This document shows, in pieces, positions 1-9,139 of a stretch of 64,000 bases of DNA. Below the pieces are notes generated by a model. It saw only the letters and a program-made list of their open reading frames with translations. It was not told where the DNA came from and searched no databases. The DNA is taken from positions 897,511 through 961,510 of the forward strand of contig OZ247428.1 in NCBI GenBank assembly GCA_965232845.1, given 5' to 3'. The stretch is from Dehalococcoidia bacterium (GTDB lineage Bacteria; Chloroflexota; Dehalococcoidia; Lucifugimonadales; UBA3495). A program made the position numbers and the translations under genes. Position 1 is the first letter of the stretch; each line of letters opens with the position of its first letter.

Positions 1-1099
1 GATACTGCGGCTCTCGGAGGCCGATGTCGTAGTAGGCAATGAGCCGCCGGGCCGCAGCTACGGCCTCCACAGGTGAAGAGCGGTCACCGGCTTCGGCCTC
101 CAAGAGAAAAGGCAGCAAGGCCTCCATAGTTGCTTTGGCATCGCCGTGCAGGGGTAACGTGTTGGCCTGGAGCCGAGTAAGTTCAGTATCGTCTATGTTT
201 ATGTTAACCAGGGTCGATGCTTCACCCGCGGGATTTCCAAGGGAGAAACGAGCGCCAACCCCGATGACGACATCAGAAGACTGCATCACCTCGAAAAGCT
301 GGTTCATCTCCTGCCGCTCGCCCCTGGCACTGAAGCAGGAACCGTAACACAGGGGGTGACGGTCAGGAATAGTGCCCTTGCCGCCACTCGAAGTAATTAC
401 TGGGATATTTGTTGCTTCGGCCAGCTTGACGAGAGCTTCTTCACCATCGGAGCGGGCCACACCGCCTCCGGCGAAGATAAGGGGCAGTCGGGATTGGGCG
501 ATAACACGGGCAGCCTCCCGGAGTTGGTCAGAGTTGGGCACAATGTTGGACACGGGAGCCGGGCTGCGAAGCTGAACATCCTCCTGTTCAACCGCCGCTT
601 CCGGGGGAAGCTCGATCAACACGGGCCTGGGTCGGCCGCTGCGCATTTGCCGGAATGCTTCGGAAACGGTGTAGGGAATCTCGCGGGGACGTAGCGCCCT
701 CCCTCTCCACTTGGTCAGATTCCGTACTATTTCCTGTTGATCCAGGACTTCGTGGACCGCTCCCAGATTTTTGCCTATCATGCCCCGGGGGACCTGTCCG
801 GCAATCAACAGCACCGGCGAGGAGCGCGCATAAGCGTTTGTCAAGCCAGACGTGGCGTTGAGCAAGCCGCAACCTGGAACTACCATGGCCACACCCGGCT
901 TGCCTGAAGCGCGAGAATAGCCGTCAGCCATAAAGGTGGTTGACTGCTCATGGCGAGTTGCGATCATTCTAATCCCGGGTTCATCGCGTAACGCCGCTAC
1001 CACCCCGTACATTTGAATGCCCGGGACTCCAAAAACGACCTCTACCCCTTCTCCGGCCAGCGACTTCGCTAGGGCTTGACCACCGCTCATTCTAGTCAT
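1..1099 (-). CDS. Thiamine-diphosphate-dependent enzyme, acetolactate-synthase-like (N-terminal ~366 aa; C-terminus lies beyond the left window edge)
   Basis: Manual reverse-strand translation from ATG (1099-1097) gives MTRMSGGQALAKSLAGEGVEVVFGVPGIQMY...TRHEQSTTFMADGYSRASGKPGVAMVVPGCGLLNATSGL...SSPVLLIAGQV. This is the typical ThDP Pyr domain with the catalytic Glu in HEQ. The frame stays open to position 1. Close paralogue of the 34879-36477 product. Confidence 0.8.
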   Translation of the reverse strand, partial: MTRMSGGQALAKSLAGEGVEVVFGVPGIQMYGVVAALRDEPGIRMIATRHEQSTTFMADGYSRASGKPGVAMVVPGCGLLNATSGLTNAYARSSPVLLIAGQVPRGMIGKNLGAVHEVLDQQEIVRNLTKWRGRALRPREIPYTVSEAFRQMRSGRPRPVLIELPPEAAVEQEDVQLRSPAPVSNIVPNSDQLREAARVIAQSRLPLIFAGGGVARSDGEEALVKLAEATNIPVITSSGGKGTIPDRHPLCYGSCFSARGERQEMNQLFEVMQSSDVVIGVGARFSLGNPAGEASTLVNINIDDTELTRLQANTLPLHGDAKATMEALLPFLLEAEAGDRSSPVEAVAAARRLIAYYDIGLREPQY

Positions 1100-1522
1100 T
1101 GATCATCAACTCCAGGTCCATTGCAAAATCTGCAACACAGAGGGCAGATCACTCACCCCTTGCATAAAGTCACTTTTATATAATTGACAAAAGCCTTATT
1201 GCTGTCTTGTCCACCTACTAACTACCGTTGAATTCAAGGATATGCACTCTGCTTCAGGCCAATTCTTTCGTCGGCAACTTCTTGGTACGCCGAACTTCCT
1301 GCTGAACTTTGACAGTCCGTCCGAACCTTCCATACTTTACCTAAGTATGCTAGGCAATATTCCTTGATTCTGCAACACGGAAACCTAATAGTAAAAGCTT
1401 CTGAACATCGCTACCGCCTTGCAATTAAATTATGCTATCCTTGTTGAAATTTTCACCTGACTGCTTATCGTTGCAGAGTCGGAACTCCGGTTAGAGGCTT
1501 TCCGACTGCCACAGGAATACAC

Positions 1523-3211
1523 TTGGCACAAAGAATTTTTATAGGTGTCGCCTGGCCTTACGCCAACGGCCCTCTCCATTTGGGCCACTTGGCGGGTTGC
1601 TACCTCGGCGCAGACATATTTGCCCGCTACCACCGGATGCGCGGCAATGAAGTTTTGATGGTGTCAGGCAGCGACACTCACGGGACCCCCATTACCATCA
1701 GGGCCGACCAGGAAGGAATTTCTCCTGCCGAAGTGGTTGAGCGGTATCATGCGGATTTCCTCGCTAGCTGGGAGCGATTGGGGATATCTTTTGACCTCTT
1801 TACCCACACCAACACGGAAAACCACGAAAAGGTTGTCCAGGACATATTCCTGTCCCTTTTGAATCAGGGATACATCTACACAGACAACATGCTTTTGGCA
1901 TTCTGCCCCGGCTGTGAGCGTTTCCTGCCTGACCGCTATGTTGAAGGAACTTGCCCCCATTGCAGTTACGAGCGAGCCCGAGGCGACCAGTGTGACCAAT
2001 GCGGCCGCACGCTGGACTCCCAGGAATTAGTGCAAGCCTTCTGCATCCTTTGCGGCGGGCCACCTGAGTTCACGGAGTCGGAGCACTTTTTCCTAAAGCT
2101 GTCGGCCTTTCAGGATAGCTTGCTGGAGTGGATCAAGGACCAGCCTCACTGGCGGGCGAATGTTTCAAACCAGACACGCAGTTTCCTGGAAGGCGGCCTT
2201 AAGGACCGGGCCATCACCCGCGATCTGACCTGGGGCGTTCCCATTCCCCTGGATGGATATGAGGGAAAGCGGATTTACGTGTGGTTCGAAGCGGTCATTG
2301 GTTACCTTTCGGCCGCGGTCGAGTGGGCTGCCAACTCGGGTCAAGCGGAGCGTTGGGAGGATTTTTGGAAGGACCCTTCCACTCGCAGCTACTACTTCAT
2401 CGGAAAAGACAACATCCCTTTCCACAGCATTATCTGGCCGGCGATGATCATGGGTTACGGCAACGGGCTCAATCTGCCCTACGATGTGCCGGCCAATGAG
2501 TTCTTAAGCCTCGAAAACAGGAAGTTCTCCACCAGCCAGAATTGGGCAGTGTGGGTCCCTGACTATTTGGACCGGTATGAACCCGACCCGCTGCGCTACC
2601 TGCTATCCATAAATATGCCTGAGACCGGAGACGCAGATTTCTCCTGGAGCGAATTCGTCCGGAGAAACAATGAGGAACTGGTCGCGACTTACGGAAACCT
2701 CGTTAACCGGGTTTTGTCGTTCACATATCGCAATTTCGAAGGGCTCGTACCTCAGGCCAGGCAGCTGGACGAGATAGACAAGCAAATGCTTGATGCGGCC
2801 AGGGCAGCGCTGGATGACGTGGGAAACAGCCTGGAACACACTCGGTTCAAGGCCGCCGTTGGACAGGCATTTGGTTTGGCGCAGGAAGCCAATCGATACC
2901 TGGACGCCAAGGCTCCGTGGCGGTCCATAAAGACCGACCGGGACGACGCTGCCAATACCTTGAATGTTTCGCTACAGGTGATCAATTGCTTGAAAGTCGT
3001 TCTCGCGCCCTTCCTGCCATTTAGTTCGCAGAAAGTTCACGAATACCTGGGCCTGGAAGGAACAGTGGAACAGGAGCGCTGGGACTTTGAACACCTGATT
3101 GGGGAAGTGCAGGGCGGAAGTGTCCTGCGGCAGCCCGCGCCGCTGTATATCAAGCTGGACCCCCAAGTTGTTGAAATGGAAACACAACGGCTTGGCAACG
3201 AGATTTCGTAG
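1523..3211 (+). CDS. metG: Methionyl-tRNA synthetase
   Basis: 562 aa. Class I HIGH motif (PLHLGHLAG), KMSKS-type motif (KFSTSQN) and Zn knuckles (CPGCERF...CPHCSYERARGDQCDQCG). TTG start. Confidence 0.95.
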   Translation: MAQRIFIGVAWPYANGPLHLGHLAGCYLGADIFARYHRMRGNEVLMVSGSDTHGTPITIRADQEGISPAEVVERYHADFLASWERLGISFDLFTHTNTENHEKVVQDIFLSLLNQGYIYTDNMLLAFCPGCERFLPDRYVEGTCPHCSYERARGDQCDQCGRTLDSQELVQAFCILCGGPPEFTESEHFFLKLSAFQDSLLEWIKDQPHWRANVSNQTRSFLEGGLKDRAITRDLTWGVPIPLDGYEGKRIYVWFEAVIGYLSAAVEWAANSGQAERWEDFWKDPSTRSYYFIGKDNIPFHSIIWPAMIMGYGNGLNLPYDVPANEFLSLENRKFSTSQNWAVWVPDYLDRYEPDPLRYLLSINMPETGDADFSWSEFVRRNNEELVATYGNLVNRVLSFTYRNFEGLVPQARQLDEIDKQMLDAARAALDDVGNSLEHTRFKAAVGQAFGLAQEANRYLDAKAPWRSIKTDRDDAANTLNVSLQVINCLKVVLAPFLPFSSQKVHEYLGLEGTVEQERWDFEHLIGEVQGGSVLRQPAPLYIKLDPQVVEMETQRLGNEIS

Positions 3212-3219
3212 AGGCTGTT

Positions 3220-4203
3220 TTGGCACAGGGACTGGACAGCCGCGCTGTCACCATATACTCCCCTATATTGAAAGAATTATCCCTCGTTGAGGAACGACTC
3301 CACGACCTGGCAAACACTTCTTTCCCCGAACTGGACCCCCTTCTGGACCACGCGCTTTCCCATGGCGGGAAAATGGTACGCCCCGCTTTGACCTTGCTTG
3401 CTTCTAATATCCTTCCGCTGGAACTCGAAAACCCGGTCCGAATGGCGACAGGAGTCGAGCTTCTTCATTTGGCGACTTTGATTCACGACGATACGGTTGA
3501 CGACGCGGATACCAGGCGCGGCCAGGCATCAGTCAGCGGCCGATGGGGGAAAGAGGTAGCCGTGCTGTTGGGCGACTACCTGTTTGCAACTTCGGCAACC
3601 TTGGTCTGCGATACGGGCAATCTGAGAGTGGTTCGGAGGTTTGCCGAAACCATAATGGAATTGGCCAGTGGCGAATTGATCGAGTATTTCAACACCTTTA
3701 ATCCCGACCAGGAATTGCACCGCTACTACGATAGGATTTACCGGAAGACGGCTTCACTTTTCCGAACGGCTTCGGAGACCGGCGCGGTGCTCAGCTCGGC
3801 AAATGAGGAGCAGATCAAATCCCTCAGTGAATACGGCTACAACATCGGTATGGCCTTCCAGGTGATGGACGACCTGCTGGATATCCTGGGAGAGGAAGCC
3901 GAGTTGGGGAAGCCCGTTGGTAACGACCTGAAACAAGGGGTTTTGACGCTCCCAAGTATTATGCTTATGCAGCGCTACCCGAATGACAACCCGATTCCTG
4001 AGCTCTTCCGGGATCCCGAGTTGGATGGCAATCTGGAACGGACCATCGACATGATTAATAATTCGTCAATAATTCCTGATTGCTTTGCCATCATCCATGA
4101 ATACTGTGATGAGGCCAACCGGGTCCTGGGTGAGCTACCCGAAGGGGAATCCCGTGAATCGCTGGAATCTTTGGCAGGCTACGTCAGAGAACGAAGCAGA
4201 TAA
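3220..4203 (+). CDS. Polyprenyl diphosphate synthase (trans-isoprenyl, hepta/octaprenyl type)
   Basis: 327 aa. First and second Asp-rich motifs present: LIHDDTVDD and FQVMDDLLD. Starts 9 nt after metG, so probably co-transcribed. Confidence 0.9.
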   Translation: MAQGLDSRAVTIYSPILKELSLVEERLHDLANTSFPELDPLLDHALSHGGKMVRPALTLLASNILPLELENPVRMATGVELLHLATLIHDDTVDDADTRRGQASVSGRWGKEVAVLLGDYLFATSATLVCDTGNLRVVRRFAETIMELASGELIEYFNTFNPDQELHRYYDRIYRKTASLFRTASETGAVLSSANEEQIKSLSEYGYNIGMAFQVMDDLLDILGEEAELGKPVGNDLKQGVLTLPSIMLMQRYPNDNPIPELFRDPELDGNLERTIDMINNSSIIPDCFAIIHEYCDEANRVLGELPEGESRESLESLAGYVRERSR

Positions 4204-4238
4204 GCCTCCACAGCCCGCGGCTTCGGCTGATTTCTTTT

Positions 4239-5861
4239 TCAGCCAAGTCCTTCGCCCGCCCACTTTATTTCCCCTCCAACAATGGTCATTTCAGCATGTG
4301 TGTGCTCTATTGTCTCGGGACTATCGTCGTCAAGAGCGGCGTCGAGCAATGCCAGGTCAGCCAGCATCCCTCGACGAATTATCCCCTTAAATGCTTCAGT
4401 GCCTTCAGCCTTGGCACCGCCAACAGAGTAGGTACTAAGAGCTTCACCGATTGTCATGGAATTGGGCCCTTGCCTGCCGTAATCGACATCGCCAGAGAGG
4501 CGCGGAAACCGTTTGCCGGTTTTAGTCAGAGAAGTAACTGCACTGTAGATTCCTTTCCATGGCGAGGGGTCAATGATCGGCGAATCCGAACCGAAGGCAA
4601 GGGGTACTCCTAACCGGTGCATAGCCGTGGAGTCATAAAGAAAGGGAAGCAGTTCCCGGTCAACGCGTTCCAAGTAATTGTCACCACGCCAGTAAATGAA
4701 TCCCGGCTGAGTGACTACAGTTAGTCTGGATCGGGCCAATTTACCCATCAACCCGGGCGGACACTCAGCACAATGCTCAAGGCGCTTCCGGGGCACGGGC
4801 ACGTGGTTTTCACGTCTTGAGTCGACGGAGTGAGCTGAACGAAATTCGGGAATCCCCAGCACAGCGTCCACCGCTTGCTGCTCAACAGCGTGAATAGCAA
4901 CAGGAAAGCCTGCTTTTGACGCCTTGGAGCACAACCAATGCAAGTCCTCCGGCGCTGGATACAACCTGCCAATGGTGGCTGTCAACATTATTTTTGCGTG
5001 TCCCAGTCTTAAGCTGTCACTGCCTGATCCCCAACCAAGTCCCTCTTCGACAAATTCCTCCAAGCAACCAGCACCGGCCATCATGGTCATACGGGGCGCG
5101 AATTTGGCATTGTCGTTAAGTGAGTTGAAAGTTCGCCACTGTTCCATTCCATTGTCGGGACCTGCATCCTGCACCGAAGTGATCCCATACTTGAGGAGCC
5201 TGGCACTTAGCCCGGCAACGCCTGATTCCAGCTCAACAATTGAACGTGTGTTGCCCAACCTTTGCCTCAAAAAGCCACCCATTTCGAACAGGACTCCGGT
5301 TGGTTCTCCCGTACCGGCTTCCCGTTCAATAACCCCATCTAGCGGATCCGGTGTCGAGTAATCTATCGCGGCCAGCTTAAGTGCAAGACTATTCAAGACT
5401 GCGGCGTGCCCGCTGAAGTGCTCCAGGCGGACCGGATGATCGGGGGTTGCTGAATCCAGTTCAAGTCGGGTGGGGTACCGGCATTCCCGAAGAGCTTTGG
5501 GGTCCAGGCCATAACCCCTTATCCATTGTCCGGGCGCCAGGCCACCGGCGTAAGCCCGCAAACTGGAAAGGAGGTTAGCGATCGAAGAAACTTCTCCATG
5601 GCCACAATCAAACCCGGACAGCGAGGCGGCGGTAGACAGCACATGGCAGTGGGCGTCGTTCAGTCCAGGGATTAACGGAAGCCCCCGGCAGTCGATGGCT
5701 TCTGTCTCAGTTGCCTTGAGTGAGAAAACATCGCTGTTGGAGCCTACCCCGATAATTCTATCTCCAGCAATACCAACAGCCTCCGCGTGGGGTTTCCTCG
5801 GGTCGAAAGTCCACACTTTGGCGTTGTACAAGATCAAGTCGGCGTGGATGGCCATGGACAC
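4239..5861 (-). CDS. Amidohydrolase-3 (YtcJ-like) metal-dependent hydrolase
   Basis: 540 aa. N-terminal LYNAKVWT...IAGDRIIGVG...LIPGLNDAHCHV metal-binding HxH region and C-terminal FGSDSP...GMLADLALLD, typical of the family. Paralogue at 26873-28561. Confidence 0.8.
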   Translation of the reverse strand: MSMAIHADLILYNAKVWTFDPRKPHAEAVGIAGDRIIGVGSNSDVFSLKATETEAIDCRGLPLIPGLNDAHCHVLSTAASLSGFDCGHGEVSSIANLLSSLRAYAGGLAPGQWIRGYGLDPKALRECRYPTRLELDSATPDHPVRLEHFSGHAAVLNSLALKLAAIDYSTPDPLDGVIEREAGTGEPTGVLFEMGGFLRQRLGNTRSIVELESGVAGLSARLLKYGITSVQDAGPDNGMEQWRTFNSLNDNAKFAPRMTMMAGAGCLEEFVEEGLGWGSGSDSLRLGHAKIMLTATIGRLYPAPEDLHWLCSKASKAGFPVAIHAVEQQAVDAVLGIPEFRSAHSVDSRRENHVPVPRKRLEHCAECPPGLMGKLARSRLTVVTQPGFIYWRGDNYLERVDRELLPFLYDSTAMHRLGVPLAFGSDSPIIDPSPWKGIYSAVTSLTKTGKRFPRLSGDVDYGRQGPNSMTIGEALSTYSVGGAKAEGTEAFKGIIRRGMLADLALLDAALDDDSPETIEHTHAEMTIVGGEIKWAGEGLG

Positions 5862-5942
5862 GCTACTCTAAAACCAATGTCAGCGGTTGCCTGGTTTTCT
5901 GCAGGAGGGAAAAAGATTGACAGCGTCTAGTACTGGGCAAGA

Positions 5943-6839
5943 CTAGAGGTTTAAGACCGCCGCATCGTGCTGCAAGTCAGCGTGGTAAGAACTACGCACC
6001 AGGGGCCCCGAGGCGACGTGCTTAAATCCCATCTCGGTGCCAATTCGCGCCAGTTCTGAGAACTCGGAGGGGTGATAGAAACGGTCAATAGCTATGTGCT
6101 TCGGAGAGGGCCGCAGATATTGGCCGATAGTTAAGAGGTCGCAGTCGACCTCGCGAAGGTCTTGCATGGTTTCAACGACTTCCGAGACTTTCTCGCCCAT
6201 GCCAACTATGATACCTGACTTGGTTACGGCGGCCGGATCAATTTCTTTGGCATTGGCCAACAGATCCAGCGAACGCCGGTAATCACCCTTGGGCCTGACC
6301 CGTGGGAATACCCTCTTGGAAGACTCTATATTGTGATTTAAAACATCGGGCCCGGCTTCCATCACCCTGGCCAGGGCATCCTTGGAACCCGCAAAGTCTG
6401 GAATCAGGACCTCAACCTTGCAGTCGGGAGATTCGGTGCGAATTCGCTTAATGCAAGACGCAAAAATGAATGCTCCACCGTCAGCCAGGTCATCCCGGTT
6501 GACGGACGTAATGACGCAATAGCTCAACCCCATCTTCCTGACCGTTTCCGCCAAGCGGCCAGGTTCCTGCAGGTCAATCCCCTGGGGCCGCCCGGTTGTT
6601 ACGGCACAATAGTGACAGCGCCTAGTGCAAATGTCCCCGAGAATCATGAACGTGGCGGTGCCGCGGCCCCAGCATTCCCCGATGTTAGGGCAGTGCGCCT
6701 CTTCGCAAACGGTGTGAAGTTGATGACCACGCATCAACTGCTTAAGTTCCAGGTAGCGAGGGCTGCCCGGCATAGCGACCTTGAGCCAGTGAGGAAGTTT
6801 GGGTCTAACAGCAGTATTTCCGATTGGTTCAGTGGTCAA
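5943..6839 (-). CDS. lipA: Lipoyl synthase
   Basis: 298 aa. Two Fe-S cysteine motifs: CEEAHCPNIGECW and the radical-SAM CTRRCHYCAV. Confidence 0.95.
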   Translation of the reverse strand: MTTEPIGNTAVRPKLPHWLKVAMPGSPRYLELKQLMRGHQLHTVCEEAHCPNIGECWGRGTATFMILGDICTRRCHYCAVTTGRPQGIDLQEPGRLAETVRKMGLSYCVITSVNRDDLADGGAFIFASCIKRIRTESPDCKVEVLIPDFAGSKDALARVMEAGPDVLNHNIESSKRVFPRVRPKGDYRRSLDLLANAKEIDPAAVTKSGIIVGMGEKVSEVVETMQDLREVDCDLLTIGQYLRPSPKHIAIDRFYHPSEFSELARIGTEMGFKHVASGPLVRSSYHADLQHDAAVLNL

Positions 6840-6902
6840 TGCAAACTTGCCTTCGGCTCATTTAGCCTTTCCGAGTATGCCAGGAAATTAGGATTGTAAT
6901 TC

Positions 6903-7547
6903 TTATGAAAACCGCACAATCCTGGGTCGCACGCGGCATTTTTCCGCGACGATGATGGCTTCAATTTCTGCCACCGTTTGCTCCAAGCAATTGTCGCGAT
7001 TGACCACGCGGTAATCGTATTGCCCGGCAAGGGCCAGTTCCTGGCGCGCAATTTGGAGGCGCCTTTCCAATTCTTCGGTGGTTTCTGTTTGTCGTCGGTT
7101 CAATCGGCCGGCCAGCTCTTCGATGGATCCGGGAGCAATAAATATAAAAAGTGCCTCCGGAGCAAGGTCACGAACTGTGTCGGCTCCCTGGACGTCGATT
7201 TTCAGAAATACATCTTTACCGGATTCCAGTGCTTCCGCTACCTGGCTCCGGGGCACTCCGTACCAACGACCGGCATACTCGGCACTTTCCAAAAGTTGGT
7301 CGTCTTCTCGAAGTTTGTTGAACTTGCCCTCGTCCAGAAAGATGTAGTCTACTCCATCTCTTTCGCCTGGTCTTGACGCGCGGGTGGTCGCAGTCACAAC
7401 GAAGTGCCAGGGTTTTTCTTTCTTCTTCAACTCAGCAATGGCTGCATCTTTCCCCACACCTGAGGGACCGCTGATAACAACCAGCAACGGCATCGGCTGC
7501 GTTACATCGTATGCTTCGTGCATTTCGCTGTTTGGATTTTGAGACAA
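6903..7547 (-). CDS. gmk: Guanylate kinase
   Basis: 214 aa. P-loop ISGPSGVGKD and TTRASRPGERDGVDYIF GMP-binding motif. Confidence 0.9.
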   Translation of the reverse strand: MSQNPNSEMHEAYDVTQPMPLLVVISGPSGVGKDAAIAELKKKEKPWHFVVTATTRASRPGERDGVDYIFLDEGKFNKLREDDQLLESAEYAGRWYGVPRSQVAEALESGKDVFLKIDVQGADTVRDLAPEALFIFIAPGSIEELAGRLNRRQTETTEELERRLQIARQELALAGQYDYRVVNRDNCLEQTVAEIEAIIVAEKCRVRPRIVRFS

Positions 7548-7574
7548 ACTACAAACCCCGGACCGCTCTATGGT

Positions 7575-8588
7575 CTATCGCCGGTCATCCCCGTCTCGGG
7601 AACCGCGAAAGAGCCGACGCTGAGCATCCAGCAATCTTCGACCTACGAACATGTCGCCCATGCTTTGAGCGAAAGTTGGCAATTCGCTGTGCGGATTGTA
7701 TTGCCTCGCCATTGGGCCATACTCTCCGGCCATCCACTGTGCCCGCCCCCTGCTTGCTTCGACAAAGATGTCCAGAATGGCTTGGGAATCCAGGTTGTCT
7801 GAATCGGTAAGCAACTGTCGAATTCCGTAGAGTTCCCTGATGAAAGTATCTATCCAGGACACTATGGGCTCCGGGTTTGTTATGCAGATGTCCCTGTGCA
7901 TGACGGTGTCGCCCGAGGCCAGGCGAGTCAAATCGTGGTACCCGCTGGACGCCACACGGGCAATATCGTCCCAGTTCGCACTGCCCGTGGTGCAACCCAC
8001 CAATGCCACCGACAAGAGGAATGGCAGGTGACTTACAGCGGCCACAAAGCTGTCGTGCTCCTCGCTGCTGATGTAATAGGGCGTGGCCTCAAGGGCTTCT
8101 ACCATGGTGCTTATTTCGGCAACCGCGCGCTCATTAGCTTTCGCGCTGGGAATAATGCAATATGTCTTGCCCTTCAACAGATTAGGGTCAGCGCTTTCCG
8201 GGCCGGTGGTCTCCTTGCCAGCCATGGGGTGGCCACCCACAAAATGGACACTGTCTGGCAGCAACTCGTCGGCCCACTGCAGGACAGCCTTCTTGGAACT
8301 GCCCACGTCCGTCACAACGCAGCCTTCAGGCAGATGTGGCCCCATGACTTCCATCAATTCCCTCATGGCCACGATGGGTGTCGCCAAAACGACAATGTCG
8401 GCCCCTTCCACGGCATTGAGCAGACGATTCTCCATGCGATGAAATGCACCGCTTTTCTGGGCGCCGCTTCTGGCGCTCCCACTGGAATCGGTACCCACCA
8501 GTTCAACGTTAAGCAACGATGAGTTGCGCAGGGCCATTCCCAGGGAAGTGCCCATTAAGCCAGTACCAACGATAACAATTCTAGGCAT
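7575..8588 (-). CDS. tyrA: Prephenate/arogenate dehydrogenase
   Basis: 337 aa. Rossmann IVIVGTGLMGTSLG, plus GGHPMAG and HD..VAAVSHLP motifs of the TyrA family. Confidence 0.85.
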   Translation of the reverse strand: MPRIVIVGTGLMGTSLGMALRNSSLLNVELVGTDSSGSARSGAQKSGAFHRMENRLLNAVEGADIVVLATPIVAMRELMEVMGPHLPEGCVVTDVGSSKKAVLQWADELLPDSVHFVGGHPMAGKETTGPESADPNLLKGKTYCIIPSAKANERAVAEISTMVEALEATPYYISSEEHDSFVAAVSHLPFLLSVALVGCTTGSANWDDIARVASSGYHDLTRLASGDTVMHRDICITNPEPIVSWIDTFIRELYGIRQLLTDSDNLDSQAILDIFVEASRGRAQWMAGEYGPMARQYNPHSELPTFAQSMGDMFVGRRLLDAQRRLFRGSRDGDDRR

Positions 8589-8766
8589 TTGTCCCCTCCC
8601 GGTTGCCCTGAACGCGCAACTGTGGTTCTTGTTTCAGGTTCTAATCTTACACTATTCGTTGATACGAGCAAACTGGGGTTCTTGATTTGCACTAGCCTCG
8701 ACTGTCCCCTCATAAAGCTCAAGTATGCCGAGCTAAAGAAGCTAGTGGGCAGAGGAAAAAGGGCAA

Positions 8767-8805
8767 GAGAGGCCTAGGAATCGAGAGAGGCCTAGGAATC
8801 GAGAG
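8767..8805. repeat. 18-bp direct tandem repeat, about 2.2 copies (GAGAGGCCTAGGAATCGA)
   Basis: Read directly: gagaggcctaggaatcga gagaggcctaggaatcga gag. Each unit contains the palindrome CCTAGG. Intergenic, upstream of the opuA operon. Confidence 0.9.
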
Positions 8806-8815
8806 TCGCCCAGGG

Positions 8816-8844
8816 TTGACAAATGTAACCATGAAACGTAGGGT
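8816..8844 (+). promoter_or_regulatory. Candidate sigma-70-type promoter for the opuA operon
   Basis: TTGACA (8816-8821), 17-nt spacer, TAGGGT (8839-8844). It would give a ~290 nt leader before the ATG at 9140. Sequence-only guess. Confidence 0.3.
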
Positions 8845-9139
8845 ATCCTTGGCGAAAGCGACAGGGAAGGGGTAATCCACCATGCCAGCCATGAGCCGCC
8901 TCTCTCAAAGGGAGATCCCCAATCGTCGCGGACCGCATTCAGGTCCCGTGATCCACCAATTCCCTCTTTCACAGGCTTTATGTAAACCCCCGGAATCCAC
9001 TGGGCCCTTTCGGGATTCGGCCTCCTGCCACCGGTTGCCATTGTACGAAAACGGCTACCGCGATGCCCTCAAGTCCAAGGGCGTGAATTGAGCCGTTCGC
9101 CTGACATTGGCGGCCCATACCTTCAAGGAGGATATCCAG

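Noticed and set aside
1477-1507. A hairpin (AGTCGGAA-15 nt-TTCCGACT) just upstream of the metG TTG start, considered as a T-box or attenuator
   Set aside because: It is far too short for a T-box (no specifier loop or T-box sequence) and has no U-tract. At most it is a local structure near the RBS.
8742-9041. A 99-aa minus-strand ORF in the tyrA/opuA intergenic region
   Set aside because: It spans the 18-bp tandem repeat, has low-complexity Trp/Ser/Leu/Arg-rich composition and has no RBS. It is unlikely to be coding.
8845-9139. A known riboswitch (glycine, guanidine-I/ykkC, cobalamin) in the opuA leader
   Set aside because: None of the conserved cores I know could be found by eye, so no riboswitch call is made.
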